From the IMG/VR virus record IMGVR_UViG_3300020204_000006: 64,000 nt of DNA, one strand, 5' to 3'. Shown piece by piece: positions 45,968 to 63,700 of this stretch (its first letter is position 1; every line of letters begins with the position of its first letter). The notes beneath the pieces are model-generated. The model searched no databases. It was not told where the DNA came from and saw only the letters and a program-made list of their open reading frames with translations. The position numbers and the translations under genes are program-made. Source of the stretch: a virus.

Positions 45968-46577
45968 TACAAAATCAAGTTTTTCAATATCTGAAGATGC
46001 GGAAGTTTTTTTAAAAAAATTTCCTTCATTTTATAATATCTATAATAAATATACAAAATCTTTTAATAGTTTTGTATTGTCTTCTAGTAAAATAAGAGAT
46101 ACTTTACCTCTTACTCCATTAGAGGCTATATCTTTTTTTCAAAATGGGGATGTTTATTTTGATTGCTCACCTGTTTTTTTTGATTTACACGAGGCAATAA
46201 AGTACATTTTTGATAGCGAAGTATTTGTGCAAATTAAGGTTCCATCGCATGCCTGTAATGAAAAATTAAATTCTCTTGTAAAAAGAGTCATTGTTACAAA
46301 TAACGATCTTTATAGTAAATTAAAAAAAGAAATGGAACTTAATTTTGATGTTTCTGTCCTTCAATTTTACAACAAAAATTCTATAGGTGATTCCGCTATA
46401 TCTTGCTGCGTCGGAGATATTGTGAAATTTAAAGACTCTAACGGTGTTAGGTCATATGATCTTGGAATGGTAATTTGGGTTGATAGTGATAGGATTTCTG
46501 TGGTTTTTAAAAACGGCAAAAAGATAGATTTTAACAAAAAAGATCCTCTTTCAATAGGTCAAATAATAAAGGTTTAA
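45951..46577 (+). CDS. Hypothetical protein with SH3-like C-terminus
   Basis: VGDIVKF...GMVIWVDSDRISVVF. Confidence 0.5.
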   Translation: MLKDINTKSSFSISEDAEVFLKKFPSFYNIYNKYTKSFNSFVLSSSKIRDTLPLTPLEAISFFQNGDVYFDCSPVFFDLHEAIKYIFDSEVFVQIKVPSHACNEKLNSLVKRVIVTNNDLYSKLKKEMELNFDVSVLQFYNKNSIGDSAISCCVGDIVKFKDSNGVRSYDLGMVIWVDSDRISVVFKNGKKIDFNKKDPLSIGQIIKV

Positions 46578-46583
46578 TTTGCT

Positions 46584-52739
<6,156 letters not shown>

Positions 52740-52783
52740 GTAGATAGGACAAAGTTTATTTTTTTTGAAATTAAATAATAATT

Positions 52784-55700
52784 ATGATTTCTTTATTAAA
52801 AAAAATATATTGGCATGTCTACGTATATACTACCGATGGTATGCCAAATCCATCAAATGGCCCAACTTCTGGACAGATAGGTACACTTTCTTCATCAAAT
52901 ATATCTGGGTCTGAAAATGAAAACATATTTGCATTTAAAAATTGTTCTTCTTTTAGGTATTTTAATCTTACCATAGATGGAAACAGTAAAGTAACTGACG
53001 AAAGCGGAGTAAGGGCAAACGATTCAAGCATCGCTCCGGGTAAAATAATATTTGATATTCCATTCAGTGATTTAGTTCAGTTGTTTGGAGATCCCAAAAC
53101 AATATCAGATATTTCTGAAATAAATTCACCGCAAAACAGAAAACCACTTCGTTATGTTCTTTTTGCAACATATAGTTCTGCTGATGAAAACTGTAATGAT
53201 AGAAATGTTCCAGACAAATGGTTCTCTTATGAAAGTGTACCTGAAGAGATAGCAACTGGAACTCAGTCAAATAATCTAAAAGAAAGCATGAGGCCTTTTT
53301 TTGATTTGGCCACTACTGGTTTAAATACCGGTTTTTTCTTTAAACTTAAGGAATCTAGCGAAATTTCCAACATAGGTTGCTGTAATATAGAGCCTCAACA
53401 GCCTCCATCTTCATCATCTTCATCATCTTCATCATCATCTTCATCTTCTGGATCCTCTTCATCATCGTCTGTAAATAGTTCTAGTTCTTCTTCTACAAGC
53501 TTGCCTTCAGAAGAATTAAGAGAAAGAAGTGCAGATCTTACAAATAATTTCAATTCAATATGGATTGTAAGGCAATCTGTTGATAATAGAATAAATTCTC
53601 ATAGATATTCTGGTCCTGGAATGCCAGCAGAATTACTAAGGGGATCAGTAGATCCAACCTCTGGTTTTGATGTATCTTGGGAGCATGCTGGTTTTATTAA
53701 TTACGGAGAACAGAATCCACTTTCGTATGAGGATGTGGTTAGTAATGATTCACTTGCTAATTCTGCATTTGTAACTGATAGTAATCCTAAGTCTGTAGTT
53801 TTAGGCAGGCTTAGAAACCCCCTGACAAATCAGATAATAGATGTTCAGGATATATTTTGGGATTCAAGGGGTTTCTTGTGGGCGTACTGTTCCGGCGAGG
53901 CAGAAGATTCAGGCATAGCAACCTCTGATGGAAGAATTGACATCACTGAAACAACCGAGGGTATATACAGGCTTCTTCCTGGAGGTTATACAAAAACATC
54001 ATTTGATACTGTTGCTTTTGGTTCTGATGGGCAATCAAGCAATGACACAAGGCTTGAAATTCATTCTGAAAATTTCTTTGGCCCTAAAGTTGGAGCTGTT
54101 TCTAAAATATCATGTGGAGACGATTATTTTACCTGCATGATAGGATACAAATATGGTGAATTGAAATTTTCCAAGACATCAAAATCTGTTTCCATGTCAA
54201 ATCCTCCAGCAGGCGTGCTTTCTAAGACCGGAATAAAAGATGTTGCAAGTGGCTTGGATCATGCTTGTATAGTAGATTCAAATGGTTCTCTTGCTGCTTG
54301 GGGAGGAGGAGGCGCAAACAGAGCTTGTGTATTGGGTCCCAATCAGACTAGTGGATCTACTTTTTATATTAAGGTTGCTTGCGGCAATGGTTTTACAGTT
54401 GCCATAGACAATCAAAACAATATAAAGATGTGGGCTGACAATCAGAATATGAAGGCATATGCAGACCTTGAAGATTTTTTACAAAGTGTTTCTGATTATG
54501 CAACTGTGGAAAATCTTTCTTATCAGTATACTGAGATAAAAGCAAAAGGTAATATGGTTGCTGTTAGAATTATGTTTACTCCTACTTCTGGGGGTGAGAC
54601 ATTTAATAAACTTGGAGTTCTGGGAGAAAACAATGACGGGTCTGTTGATGTTGGTTTTTCCGCAAATACTTCTGGGCAGTTTGACAACACTTTTGAATCG
54701 GCAATTGATGTAATAGATTTTTCTTGTGGATATCATAATTTTGCATATTTAAAATCTTCTGCATCAACTGGTGGTGGACAGCAGGTATTCATATGGTCTG
54801 ACGGAAGTAATTTTGGAGACATTATACTTAATCTTGCTCCAACAACTGGCACTTATAATAAAATATGTTTATCAGAGCAGTCATTTTATTTAGTAGACAA
54901 TAGTCAAAAGAAAGTATCTCATTATTACGATTCATCATATAAGAACTTTACTGACGTTAACAATAACGACAGAACTTGGAAAGATTCTGTAAATAGTTAT
55001 TACACTATTGACTGTGCAAAAAATTATGCTGTAGGTCAAAGCATAAATGGTTATTATTACAAATATAATTACGCTCGTTTGGTTGAAAGGTCTATAATAG
55101 AAAGTCCCATCAATGAGTTGCACCCGGTTGCTAAATTATTAATAAACCCCGTTGATGGGACAAACGTATCTTCTAAATTTTTAGATGGAGCATCTTTTTA
55201 TAGGAAAGGGGAAAACCCACCTTCAGATGTTTCTGTTGCCAACATGCCTCTATATATAGACGCATTGAAAACTGTTAGAAATTTTCAGTGGATGTTTAAG
55301 CCATATAAAGTTGTTGGTCACAGGTTGCCAAGCGGTCAATTTGAATCTCATCAGCTTGATGTTGCTTCTTGCTACGAAGGCAGCGGCTCTTTGATGTTCT
55401 CTCCATTGCACTATGTAGATGGAGTTCTTCAAAATGACGGATTTGACCAGACGATAGGCACAGATAATTTTCAACAAAGTTCTAAAACTCATGTTGAAAC
55501 TGCCATAATTAATACTCAAGGCAATTCTGCTGCGTATGCGATAGAAGACACTGCAAATACAATTCTTAATCAATTAACAGACAATCAAAAAGGAACTCAA
55601 TTTTTTGATGCTAATGCGGGTGAAGCAACTTTGGATTTACGCAAGTCTGTCTTAAAAGCAAATAACTGGTATCAGTCTGGTATATTTGATTTTTCAGACA

Positions 55701-58700
55701 AGGACTATCTTCTTTATTCTAAAATTGTTGTATTTAAAAGAGCATACAAAATATATCAATTCAATAGCCTTGCTCAAAAACATGACAAGTTTGCAGGAAT
55801 AAAATCTTCATTTTTAGCTGGTAGTCAACCTTATAATGGTTTTATTCTCCCATCCAAAATAATTAATATTAATCCAGAGTCATCAGTTACTAACATTGTA
55901 CGTGAAATAATGCCGTTATCTTCTAATGGTACTACACTTTCTGGAAGAGAAAAATTTAAAGCAGGCTCTATAGCAGGCGCTAACCCATCTAAATCTACAT
56001 ATTTATCTGGAGGTTGGGGTACGGTTGCGCCAATAAGCAATATTGATCGCTATTTAGGTGGCAACTGTTTGCCATTTAACGTTAACAGTATAAAATATTG
56101 TGTACCAGAATCTTCTGTTGTTTTGGTTGCATATAGATACTCTTTTGAGAATGAATTTGCAGAAGAAAACAAAATTTACTCTTTTAGTATGAGATGGAGA
56201 GATCATTTAGGCTCATTCGAAAATGAATACATTGAAGATGAGTCTGGAATAGAAAATACTGAAGTTGGTAAACAAAATTGTTATTTATATGATGTCCCAG
56301 TAAGCGGTAGTGATTTTTTTGTGGCTCCACCTGCTTCAAATCCTGTTGTATATATTGATTATACTGGCAGTAGTGGCCAAGATTTAAAAAAAATGAAGGT
56401 AATAAAAGGAAGATCGTATGGTTGTATTTTAGATTACAGTTTTGACTCTTGTGAAATAGAAAGTTCTTCCGGTGGAGATTCTTCAGGAAAAGAAATATCT
56501 GTATGTTCAAAAGTTATGTCAGTGTGTGATTTAATTTTTGGCTATTGGAGAATATCTCCCTCTTATAACGAAGAAACCCTTTATCCATATTTTCAAAATT
56601 TGTATGAAGAAAACATAAATAGTGCAATAAATTATTACAAGGAAGTTCCTGAAGATCAAATTTGTAATAATCAAACTAATATACCTGTTCATGAAATAAT
56701 GCGTCCATCTTTATGCAATAAATGTTACAGTCTTGCTTATAGTATGTTTTCAAGGACAGATTTTGGTAATCCAAATTACGCTACCACTCCAGTTAGAGAC
56801 TTTATTTATACAAAAACTTTTGTTACTTTTGAATTTAAGAAAACTGATGGCCAGGGTGCTGAAACTTCCAAAAAATATCCATTTTCTAAATTTGATAATT
56901 TTTCATGTTTTGCAAATTCGGACTCTTCATCAATAGGTTCTAATGATTTTTTTGCCATAGATTTAAGAGAAATTTTTGGCATAGAAGCTTATCCAGCTGC
57001 CGCAATAAAAGCTTGTCCCATGGGTACTAATGGAGGTTTTGCTAGAACCGCTCAAGACCCGCAAAACTCAAATACTCGTCCATACGGACTTGTTCTTTGG
57101 AGAAGTTTAACAGGTATATGTGCTAATGATGATTCTGCTATTATATCCGGCTGGAAAACTTCTTTCCCCAATTATTCTAATACTGGTTCTGTTGATACTT
57201 GTCTTTTTACAAGACAAACTGGTAATCCTAATTTCGGCATGGGCGCTATAAGGGCTTATTTTGGTACTATGCAAAGTAATCAAACTGGGCCGAGTAGGGT
57301 TGGAATCGTAAAATCTATGGTTGGTTTTGGCTCAATAGTTCCAGGTACTAATGAAGACCAGACAACTATTGCTTTATTCCCAGAAAAAATAACAACTGTA
57401 GATAATACAAAAACACACTGGCAAGACAAGATAATTTCAAAAAGACTTATAGAGAGATCTTCTAAATGCATTTTGCTCAAAACAAGTACAGAGACCGATG
57501 TTTCTGAACAGGCTCTTGTTTTTGTTGCAGTAAATAGAATTTACGCTATTGACGACTCTGGATCTCCATTTATAGAAAATAATGAAAATTGGAATTCTAA
57601 AGACTATTACTTTGAGTCTTTAAGGACTGTTTCTGGAGTTGCAGAGCCGCTGATTGTAGGAGATGGCGTAAAAATTGAGTTTAAAATAAATAATCAATTT
57701 TATGGCTTTATTTGGGCTGAAGGAAATTTGTATAGAATAAGAAGAAGGTCTTCTCTTGCTCCTGGTTCGCACATTAGACTCGATAGCAGTACAACAATAA
57801 ATTACAATTTTAATTTAGATAGCACTCCTGGTTCAAATATTACTACATCAAATACTGAAAGAATACAAAGAAATACTAATCACATTAAAAAAAGCTGGGA
57901 AGAAGGCAATCTCTCAGTATCGTCTTGCGGTCAGTATTTAGTTATATTAAACTGTATATCTACTAACAGAACTCAGGGTACTGGTGGTGGTTCAATTTAT
58001 GCTAATGATATAAATAATTATGTTGTCGTTTATAAAATAAATCCAAACTCATCTGGTACTTCTTATAGTATAGATTTTTGGGGTTTTGCTGGAATTGACA
58101 GTGTCACAGGGGGGTGTAGTTTTGCAAGTCAACAAAATGATAGTGAAGCTCCCAAAAGAGGTCATGAAAACTCCGCAAATATATATTCTTATTCTGCTTC
58201 TATATCTGAAGATGGCAGAGATATATTTATATCTGGTCATAAAATAGCGGACGATTTTGTACAAATGAAAGAGTTTGAACCCATCAAAGAAACAATAGTA
58301 TGTCTGGAAAGAAATGCAAACACTAAAAGATTTGAATTTAGGAATTCATATAAAACAAGAAATGACCAAGTTCAGTGGGATGGGACTACAAATTTAAAAA
58401 CCTCTCCACTACAAATTGAAAATGAACAAGTTAAAAATTCTTCTAAATGTGATTCAATAATTCAATGCAAGGGATCTGATGTCGGATTACCAAATAAAAG
58501 AAGAGTTATAGTTTCATCTTTTGTTGGTCTTAGTTCTGGAAATACTCCTTGTTCTTTCCTGAATCAGCTTAATTATGACAGAACTATTTCTGCACCTGAG
58601 TATATAGAGTGTGAAAATCTTTTTGATGACAGCTCCACTCCGCCAACAACAGACAATACAAAAAATAGCGCTTATTCAAATCTAAATTTCTGGTGTGCTA

Positions 58701-60733
58701 CTCCCATATCATCCAGGAACGGATCTCAATCTGCAGTTGCATTTGGAAACGATGCCTATGTTACTTCAGGTGGACACGCAATTTGTCTAGCACCTGTAAG
58801 TAAATCAAATAATTGGGTTATAAAATCTATATCTCCCTTGGGCATACCGAAGGGTGAAGCAAGTAGATTGAGCACATCCTTTGTTGGTATATCAGAGGGA
58901 ATTTGCAGTAATCTTTCTGGATGTTCAATTGATGTTTTTCAGTCTCTTGTTCCTCCAGATGTAATGTCTTCTGCTGCTAGAAACAATACTAATATAGTAA
59001 GATCCATGGTTTCAATAGACAATCAAAAAATGATTGGACTGAGTCACTATGTTGGAAGCGCAACTTTTTCTGGTGGTTTCACCTCAATACAGTCATCTTC
59101 TTTCCAGAGATTGTATAATTATGTCCCTTATCTTTCAAAACTAAATAATATAAATAAAGATGGAGAGGATTTTAAGTTCAATCCTTCACTGAGACTTTTT
59201 GTTTCAAAATTTGATCCATTTACATCATCTAGTTCTAATTTTGGATTTAGTGCACCGCTATCTATAAATTCAGTAAATTATATAAATATGTTACCTGATT
59301 TTAATTTTGATCAAACTTTTAATGGATATGGTAATTCATCTCAGGAAAGAACTTGGCTTAATGCATATATGGGTTTTGTTAGAGCTAGCATAGATCATCC
59401 CTTGTATTCTTCTTCTGTAATTTTACCAAGATTTGGTAGAGATTTATCTGACAATGAGGGAGCTCTTGTTTCTTTGGTTAGCGTTGACGTTGGCGCAATG
59501 TGCTATCTTTCTGGAATTCAATCTGGCTCTGTGAGAAAAATTATAGTTGTAAGAGACTTGGTGAAAACTGGTCAATTAGATGGTTCAAATGATTCTCAAA
59601 TAAGCACTTCTTCTATACTTCCTGCTTCAGATTCAGTTAAAAGTGATTTGCAGGCAAATATTGATACTGGTGGAATGATTGAAGTTTTAAATATGGATCA
59701 AAATGATATTCTTGCTATATCTGCCAATAAAAATAATATATTTAATTCTGCTAGTGCCATGGAGCATAGGCCCCTTATAGGGAATGATACTTGCATAACT
59801 AGAGGCGGATGTGGTTCTTCAAATCATCACATGGACATATCAAAACAAAAATCAAATCCTTTTGGTTTTACTTTGTATAATAATTCCAGCCAAAATGTTT
59901 CACTGTCTCCAGTTGGAATATTTATAGATCAAAATGGTTTTGATTCTCAAAATTCTTTTGTTCATTACATTGGAAGGACAATAGGCTTAAGCGAAGGTGA
60001 GATTAAAAATTTTATAGGAGTACCCAATATAGTTGATGCAAATTTTCCAAATAATATATTCGAAAAATCTTCTTTACCTCTCAGTTCAGTGGCCCCTCGT
60101 GCTAAATATGAAATATTGATAGATTATTTAGCATCTATTATAGACCCTTTCTTTGGAGAAATTTATAGAAATGAACAAATAAGTATCTCTGTAATGCAAT
60201 CTTTGAGGGATAAATTTGATGGAGTTTCAGGTGCTTCTATATTTGGATATGACGAGGGAACTTCGGCTAATGTTTTCTTAAAAACTTGCAGCAGTACAGG
60301 CGACCTAAATTCAATAAGAAGTTGGATGTCTTCAAAATTAAATAAAAAGTTATCAACAAGCCTTCCATCCCAGCTATTTTACTGTTTAGATAAAAATTCT
60401 ATTACAAATTCTACATCTCAAAATATTGAAATAAGCCCCATGACTGATGTTAATATAATTCCTGATAAATATAAAAATATTGTTATAATAACTGCCGCAG
60501 AAGAACTTAATATAAATCAAAACTATTGGGGTTATTCAGAAAGTAATAGAATTTCTTGGGTCGAAAAAATTATTGCCAACCTGAGAAATAATACTATGAC
60601 AAATGATTATTATCAAATACATATTGTTGATTTTAAGCCAGGAAGGGTAAATCCAGTATATACGGAAATAATTAAATTATTATCCGAAAAATCTGGCGGA
60701 ACTTACATACCCGTACTCCTTGATACAGTTTAA
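52784..60733 (+). CDS. Giant 2649-aa putative tail fibre/adhesin with RCC1/BLIP-II-like repeats
   Basis: KISCGDDYF, DVASGLDHACIV..NGSLAAWG, KVACGNGFTVAI, DFSCGYHN, KICLSEQSF; poly-Ser linker; later propeller-like strands. Confidence 0.65.
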   Translation: MISLLKKIYWHVYVYTTDGMPNPSNGPTSGQIGTLSSSNISGSENENIFAFKNCSSFRYFNLTIDGNSKVTDESGVRANDSSIAPGKIIFDIPFSDLVQLFGDPKTISDISEINSPQNRKPLRYVLFATYSSADENCNDRNVPDKWFSYESVPEEIATGTQSNNLKESMRPFFDLATTGLNTGFFFKLKESSEISNIGCCNIEPQQPPSSSSSSSSSSSSSSGSSSSSSVNSSSSSSTSLPSEELRERSADLTNNFNSIWIVRQSVDNRINSHRYSGPGMPAELLRGSVDPTSGFDVSWEHAGFINYGEQNPLSYEDVVSNDSLANSAFVTDSNPKSVVLGRLRNPLTNQIIDVQDIFWDSRGFLWAYCSGEAEDSGIATSDGRIDITETTEGIYRLLPGGYTKTSFDTVAFGSDGQSSNDTRLEIHSENFFGPKVGAVSKISCGDDYFTCMIGYKYGELKFSKTSKSVSMSNPPAGVLSKTGIKDVASGLDHACIVDSNGSLAAWGGGGANRACVLGPNQTSGSTFYIKVACGNGFTVAIDNQNNIKMWADNQNMKAYADLEDFLQSVSDYATVENLSYQYTEIKAKGNMVAVRIMFTPTSGGETFNKLGVLGENNDGSVDVGFSANTSGQFDNTFESAIDVIDFSCGYHNFAYLKSSASTGGGQQVFIWSDGSNFGDIILNLAPTTGTYNKICLSEQSFYLVDNSQKKVSHYYDSSYKNFTDVNNNDRTWKDSVNSYYTIDCAKNYAVGQSINGYYYKYNYARLVERSIIESPINELHPVAKLLINPVDGTNVSSKFLDGASFYRKGENPPSDVSVANMPLYIDALKTVRNFQWMFKPYKVVGHRLPSGQFESHQLDVASCYEGSGSLMFSPLHYVDGVLQNDGFDQTIGTDNFQQSSKTHVETAIINTQGNSAAYAIEDTANTILNQLTDNQKGTQFFDANAGEATLDLRKSVLKANNWYQSGIFDFSDKDYLLYSKIVVFKRAYKIYQFNSLAQKHDKFAGIKSSFLAGSQPYNGFILPSKIININPESSVTNIVREIMPLSSNGTTLSGREKFKAGSIAGANPSKSTYLSGGWGTVAPISNIDRYLGGNCLPFNVNSIKYCVPESSVVLVAYRYSFENEFAEENKIYSFSMRWRDHLGSFENEYIEDESGIENTEVGKQNCYLYDVPVSGSDFFVAPPASNPVVYIDYTGSSGQDLKKMKVIKGRSYGCILDYSFDSCEIESSSGGDSSGKEISVCSKVMSVCDLIFGYWRISPSYNEETLYPYFQNLYEENINSAINYYKEVPEDQICNNQTNIPVHEIMRPSLCNKCYSLAYSMFSRTDFGNPNYATTPVRDFIYTKTFVTFEFKKTDGQGAETSKKYPFSKFDNFSCFANSDSSSIGSNDFFAIDLREIFGIEAYPAAAIKACPMGTNGGFARTAQDPQNSNTRPYGLVLWRSLTGICANDDSAIISGWKTSFPNYSNTGSVDTCLFTRQTGNPNFGMGAIRAYFGTMQSNQTGPSRVGIVKSMVGFGSIVPGTNEDQTTIALFPEKITTVDNTKTHWQDKIISKRLIERSSKCILLKTSTETDVSEQALVFVAVNRIYAIDDSGSPFIENNENWNSKDYYFESLRTVSGVAEPLIVGDGVKIEFKINNQFYGFIWAEGNLYRIRRRSSLAPGSHIRLDSSTTINYNFNLDSTPGSNITTSNTERIQRNTNHIKKSWEEGNLSVSSCGQYLVILNCISTNRTQGTGGGSIYANDINNYVVVYKINPNSSGTSYSIDFWGFAGIDSVTGGCSFASQQNDSEAPKRGHENSANIYSYSASISEDGRDIFISGHKIADDFVQMKEFEPIKETIVCLERNANTKRFEFRNSYKTRNDQVQWDGTTNLKTSPLQIENEQVKNSSKCDSIIQCKGSDVGLPNKRRVIVSSFVGLSSGNTPCSFLNQLNYDRTISAPEYIECENLFDDSSTPPTTDNTKNSAYSNLNFWCATPISSRNGSQSAVAFGNDAYVTSGGHAICLAPVSKSNNWVIKSISPLGIPKGEASRLSTSFVGISEGICSNLSGCSIDVFQSLVPPDVMSSAARNNTNIVRSMVSIDNQKMIGLSHYVGSATFSGGFTSIQSSSFQRLYNYVPYLSKLNNINKDGEDFKFNPSLRLFVSKFDPFTSSSSNFGFSAPLSINSVNYINMLPDFNFDQTFNGYGNSSQERTWLNAYMGFVRASIDHPLYSSSVILPRFGRDLSDNEGALVSLVSVDVGAMCYLSGIQSGSVRKIIVVRDLVKTGQLDGSNDSQISTSSILPASDSVKSDLQANIDTGGMIEVLNMDQNDILAISANKNNIFNSASAMEHRPLIGNDTCITRGGCGSSNHHMDISKQKSNPFGFTLYNNSSQNVSLSPVGIFIDQNGFDSQNSFVHYIGRTIGLSEGEIKNFIGVPNIVDANFPNNIFEKSSLPLSSVAPRAKYEILIDYLASIIDPFFGEIYRNEQISISVMQSLRDKFDGVSGASIFGYDEGTSANVFLKTCSSTGDLNSIRSWMSSKLNKKLSTSLPSQLFYCLDKNSITNSTSQNIEISPMTDVNIIPDKYKNIVIITAAEELNINQNYWGYSESNRISWVEKIIANLRNNTMTNDYYQIHIVDFKPGRVNPVYTEIIKLLSEKSGGTYIPVLLDTV
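53408..53500 (+). repeat. Poly-Ser tract with (TCTTCATCA)n repeat
   Basis: TCT TCA TCA x3 plus further Ser codons, giving PPSSSSSSSSSSSSSSGSSSSSSVNSSSSSSTS. Confidence 0.9.
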
Positions 60734-60744
60734 GCTTAATTTCA

Positions 60745-63700
60745 ATGAAAAATCCCTTTGATATTACTCAATATTCAAATAATCTTACAATAAAATCAGA
60801 TATTAACTTATCTGGTATTGGAGTAAGTGGTATAGGTTCTATATTTTCTTTTCTTATAAGAGAAATAAAAATAAGACAAGAATCTATACGTTCTGGCTAT
60901 ATAAGTGGAATTGCTGATGAAACTTTAAGATTTGTGGATGTTGATAAAATATCTTGGGATACTCCAGATTCTATATCTAATTCTTGTAACATAATAATAT
61001 CTTCCATAAAGCAATTTTATAAAAGCGGTAATGGTTTTTGGGACAAGTATGCTACTGTGTATTGTGATTCTGGTTCGTATTATTCTACTGGTTTTTTTCA
61101 CAAACAAAATGGATCTTCTTGTGCAGATAGCTATGTCGTAGATTTTGTTGACATGCAATTGCCTCCTAATGTAGAGAGTTCTTTTTTAAATATACCTACT
61201 TTTTCATCAGATGCAAATTTATTTGTTGCTCATTTTGGCGCATGGGCAAATAGTGTTATACTTATATTAAATAAACTTAGGTACATACACCGCAAGCTTG
61301 TGTATGAATATTTTTCAGTTAATTGTGCAAATGAATTTTCTGGTTGTACTTTAACTCCTTTTTATGCTGAAGGCGCGAACGAAAACGGGCCAATAGATAT
61401 AGTTATTGATGTAAGAGACGCGCTAGTATGTTATGAAAATGATGTATCTTATGGTCTTTTGTGTATTGCATGGAATAGTTATATATCTCCATCAAGAATG
61501 TATGTATTAAAAACAAAAATAGATATACCAAGTTCTAGTTCTAGTAGTTCTGGTATTTCTGTTTCAAGTAGCTCTAGTTCTTCAATAATCTCTAGCTCAT
61601 CTAGCAGTTCCAGTTTATCGAGTAGTAGTAGTGATGACGGATTAAGTTCTTCTAGTAGTAGTGATTCTTCTAGTAGTAGTAGTGATTCTTCTAGTAGTAG
61701 TAGTGATTCTTCTAGTAGTAGTAGTGAGGAAGATTCTAGTAGTAGTAGTGGGCTTGAGGGACCACCTGGAGGAGTATCTTTATTTATAGAAGATAAAAGA
61801 TATTTAAGATTTCCGCTTTTGGGATTTGTTTCAACGGATACTAGTGGTCAACCAATTAACTGCTCGATTGGCAATGGAACGGGATATTGTGATTCTTCAT
61901 ATTACGAAAGTGTTTCTTCTGAAAATTCCTTTTCTAATAATTCTGGTCATCCAATATTTGACGTTAACGGTGTTTCTGTATCATGTTCTTATGATGACAT
62001 AATAGCCGATACCACTTGCATAGACACTTTAAATAATAATCCTCCATCTCCATGGAGAAATGGCCAAGGCTCTTCTGATTATTTGTGTTTAAAAATAGAT
62101 TCAACTATGTTTACTACTGATACTGGTAGTGAGTGGGATTATAAAATTAGAGTAGTTATATTTAATAACTGCTCTGGATCTGGTTCTTCTGATAGTGGTT
62201 GGTCTTTAGCTATAAATTGCCTCGGCTGTAATTGTAATAGTGATTTTTGTGGCGGAGAAGATGATGTTCAAATATCAAGTTTTTCTACCGGTTCTAGTTC
62301 AAGCTCTTCTTCAAGTAGTTCTATATCTACAGAAATAATAGTAGAAAATGTTATTTTGTTGAAATCGGGTTCAAATGAAAATTTGACTCTTTCTTATCCC
62401 TCAAGAACCAATCCTGCCACATTAACACTGATTCCTCGTGTAGGGGTTTTTAATGACACACCTTTCAAGTTTATAAAATTGTCCAACTCTCAAAGTAGTC
62501 TGTATTTTGAGGGAGAATGGGGAGAATCTGAAAATAAACCTTTTGAATTTATATTAGATCTTCCAGTCGATTCTGCTCCTGGTCAAAAATTCTTTTGCAA
62601 TTATGATTATTATGCAAACGAAGATTTTGGCATTTTGTGGATATTGATGAATACTGCTAGAATAAGTGATCGTGCATTTGTCATTGCAACAGGATCCTCT
62701 AGTATCATAGAAAATGTAAGATTAAAAAATCAGCTTTGGGGCTATGGTAATTATGCAAATCAGGAGTCTTTTAGACCTCAAAGTCCAACTACAAATCCCA
62801 TATATGGATATGCTGATACTCAAAACTTTGCACAACAAATACTTCCAGCGTCTGCTCCTCAAGATTTTTCTTATCAATTTTCTTTTGATTTAAGTTCTTT
62901 TACGGGAAACGTATCATCCAATATATTTCATCCAAGACTTTGGAATAGGTCTTTCCATAATCCTGATACACATCAGGGTGAATATTATGTAGGAAATAGA
63001 AACATATTATTTGATACTGGTAAGCAAGCTAGTGGTACTCTTTCTGCAAGAGTCTTCCCAATACCAGTCTATAGAAATCAAGTAGAAAGAAATTCTGGTG
63101 GATTGTTAAATAAAATTAGAATTTTGCTGTATCCTGGAATTAGCTATGTTTTGCAGCAGAATCCACCTAGTCCATCCGCTTCAAAATTCTTTATTTCGTT
63201 TGGTTATTGTTCTGCAAACAATTTGCCATCGCCTTCTACCAATTTAGTCTCATATCTTTCTTCTATTCCGGAATACAAGCATATTGTTTCTAGGGCCATT
63301 GCTCTTACCGAAGATTGTCCCGGTCTTTGCATTAATAATAATTTTGACCTTTCTTCTGTAAGTGGTGCTTCTTATTTAAGGTCTGTTTTTGAAGGAAATC
63401 CAAATGTTTCTCTAGAAGCATTTGGTCTTTGTTCCTATGTCCCGACATTTGAGGAATATCCCCTTAACGAAGTTTTTGTAAATACTCAATCTTATCTTGA
63501 GTTTTTTGACATATTTATAAGACTTCTTGATTCTGATCCAAATTTGTCTCTGTACATATCTGAAGTGAAAAATGTTTTTGAACCAAATGACTGGTTGTAT
63601 CTTGTCCCATCTTATAATTATATATGCGGTGCAAATAGTGTTTGTGTAAGAACGTTATATTTTGGCAAGAAGATGATATGCTATCTAAAATGCAAGGGAT

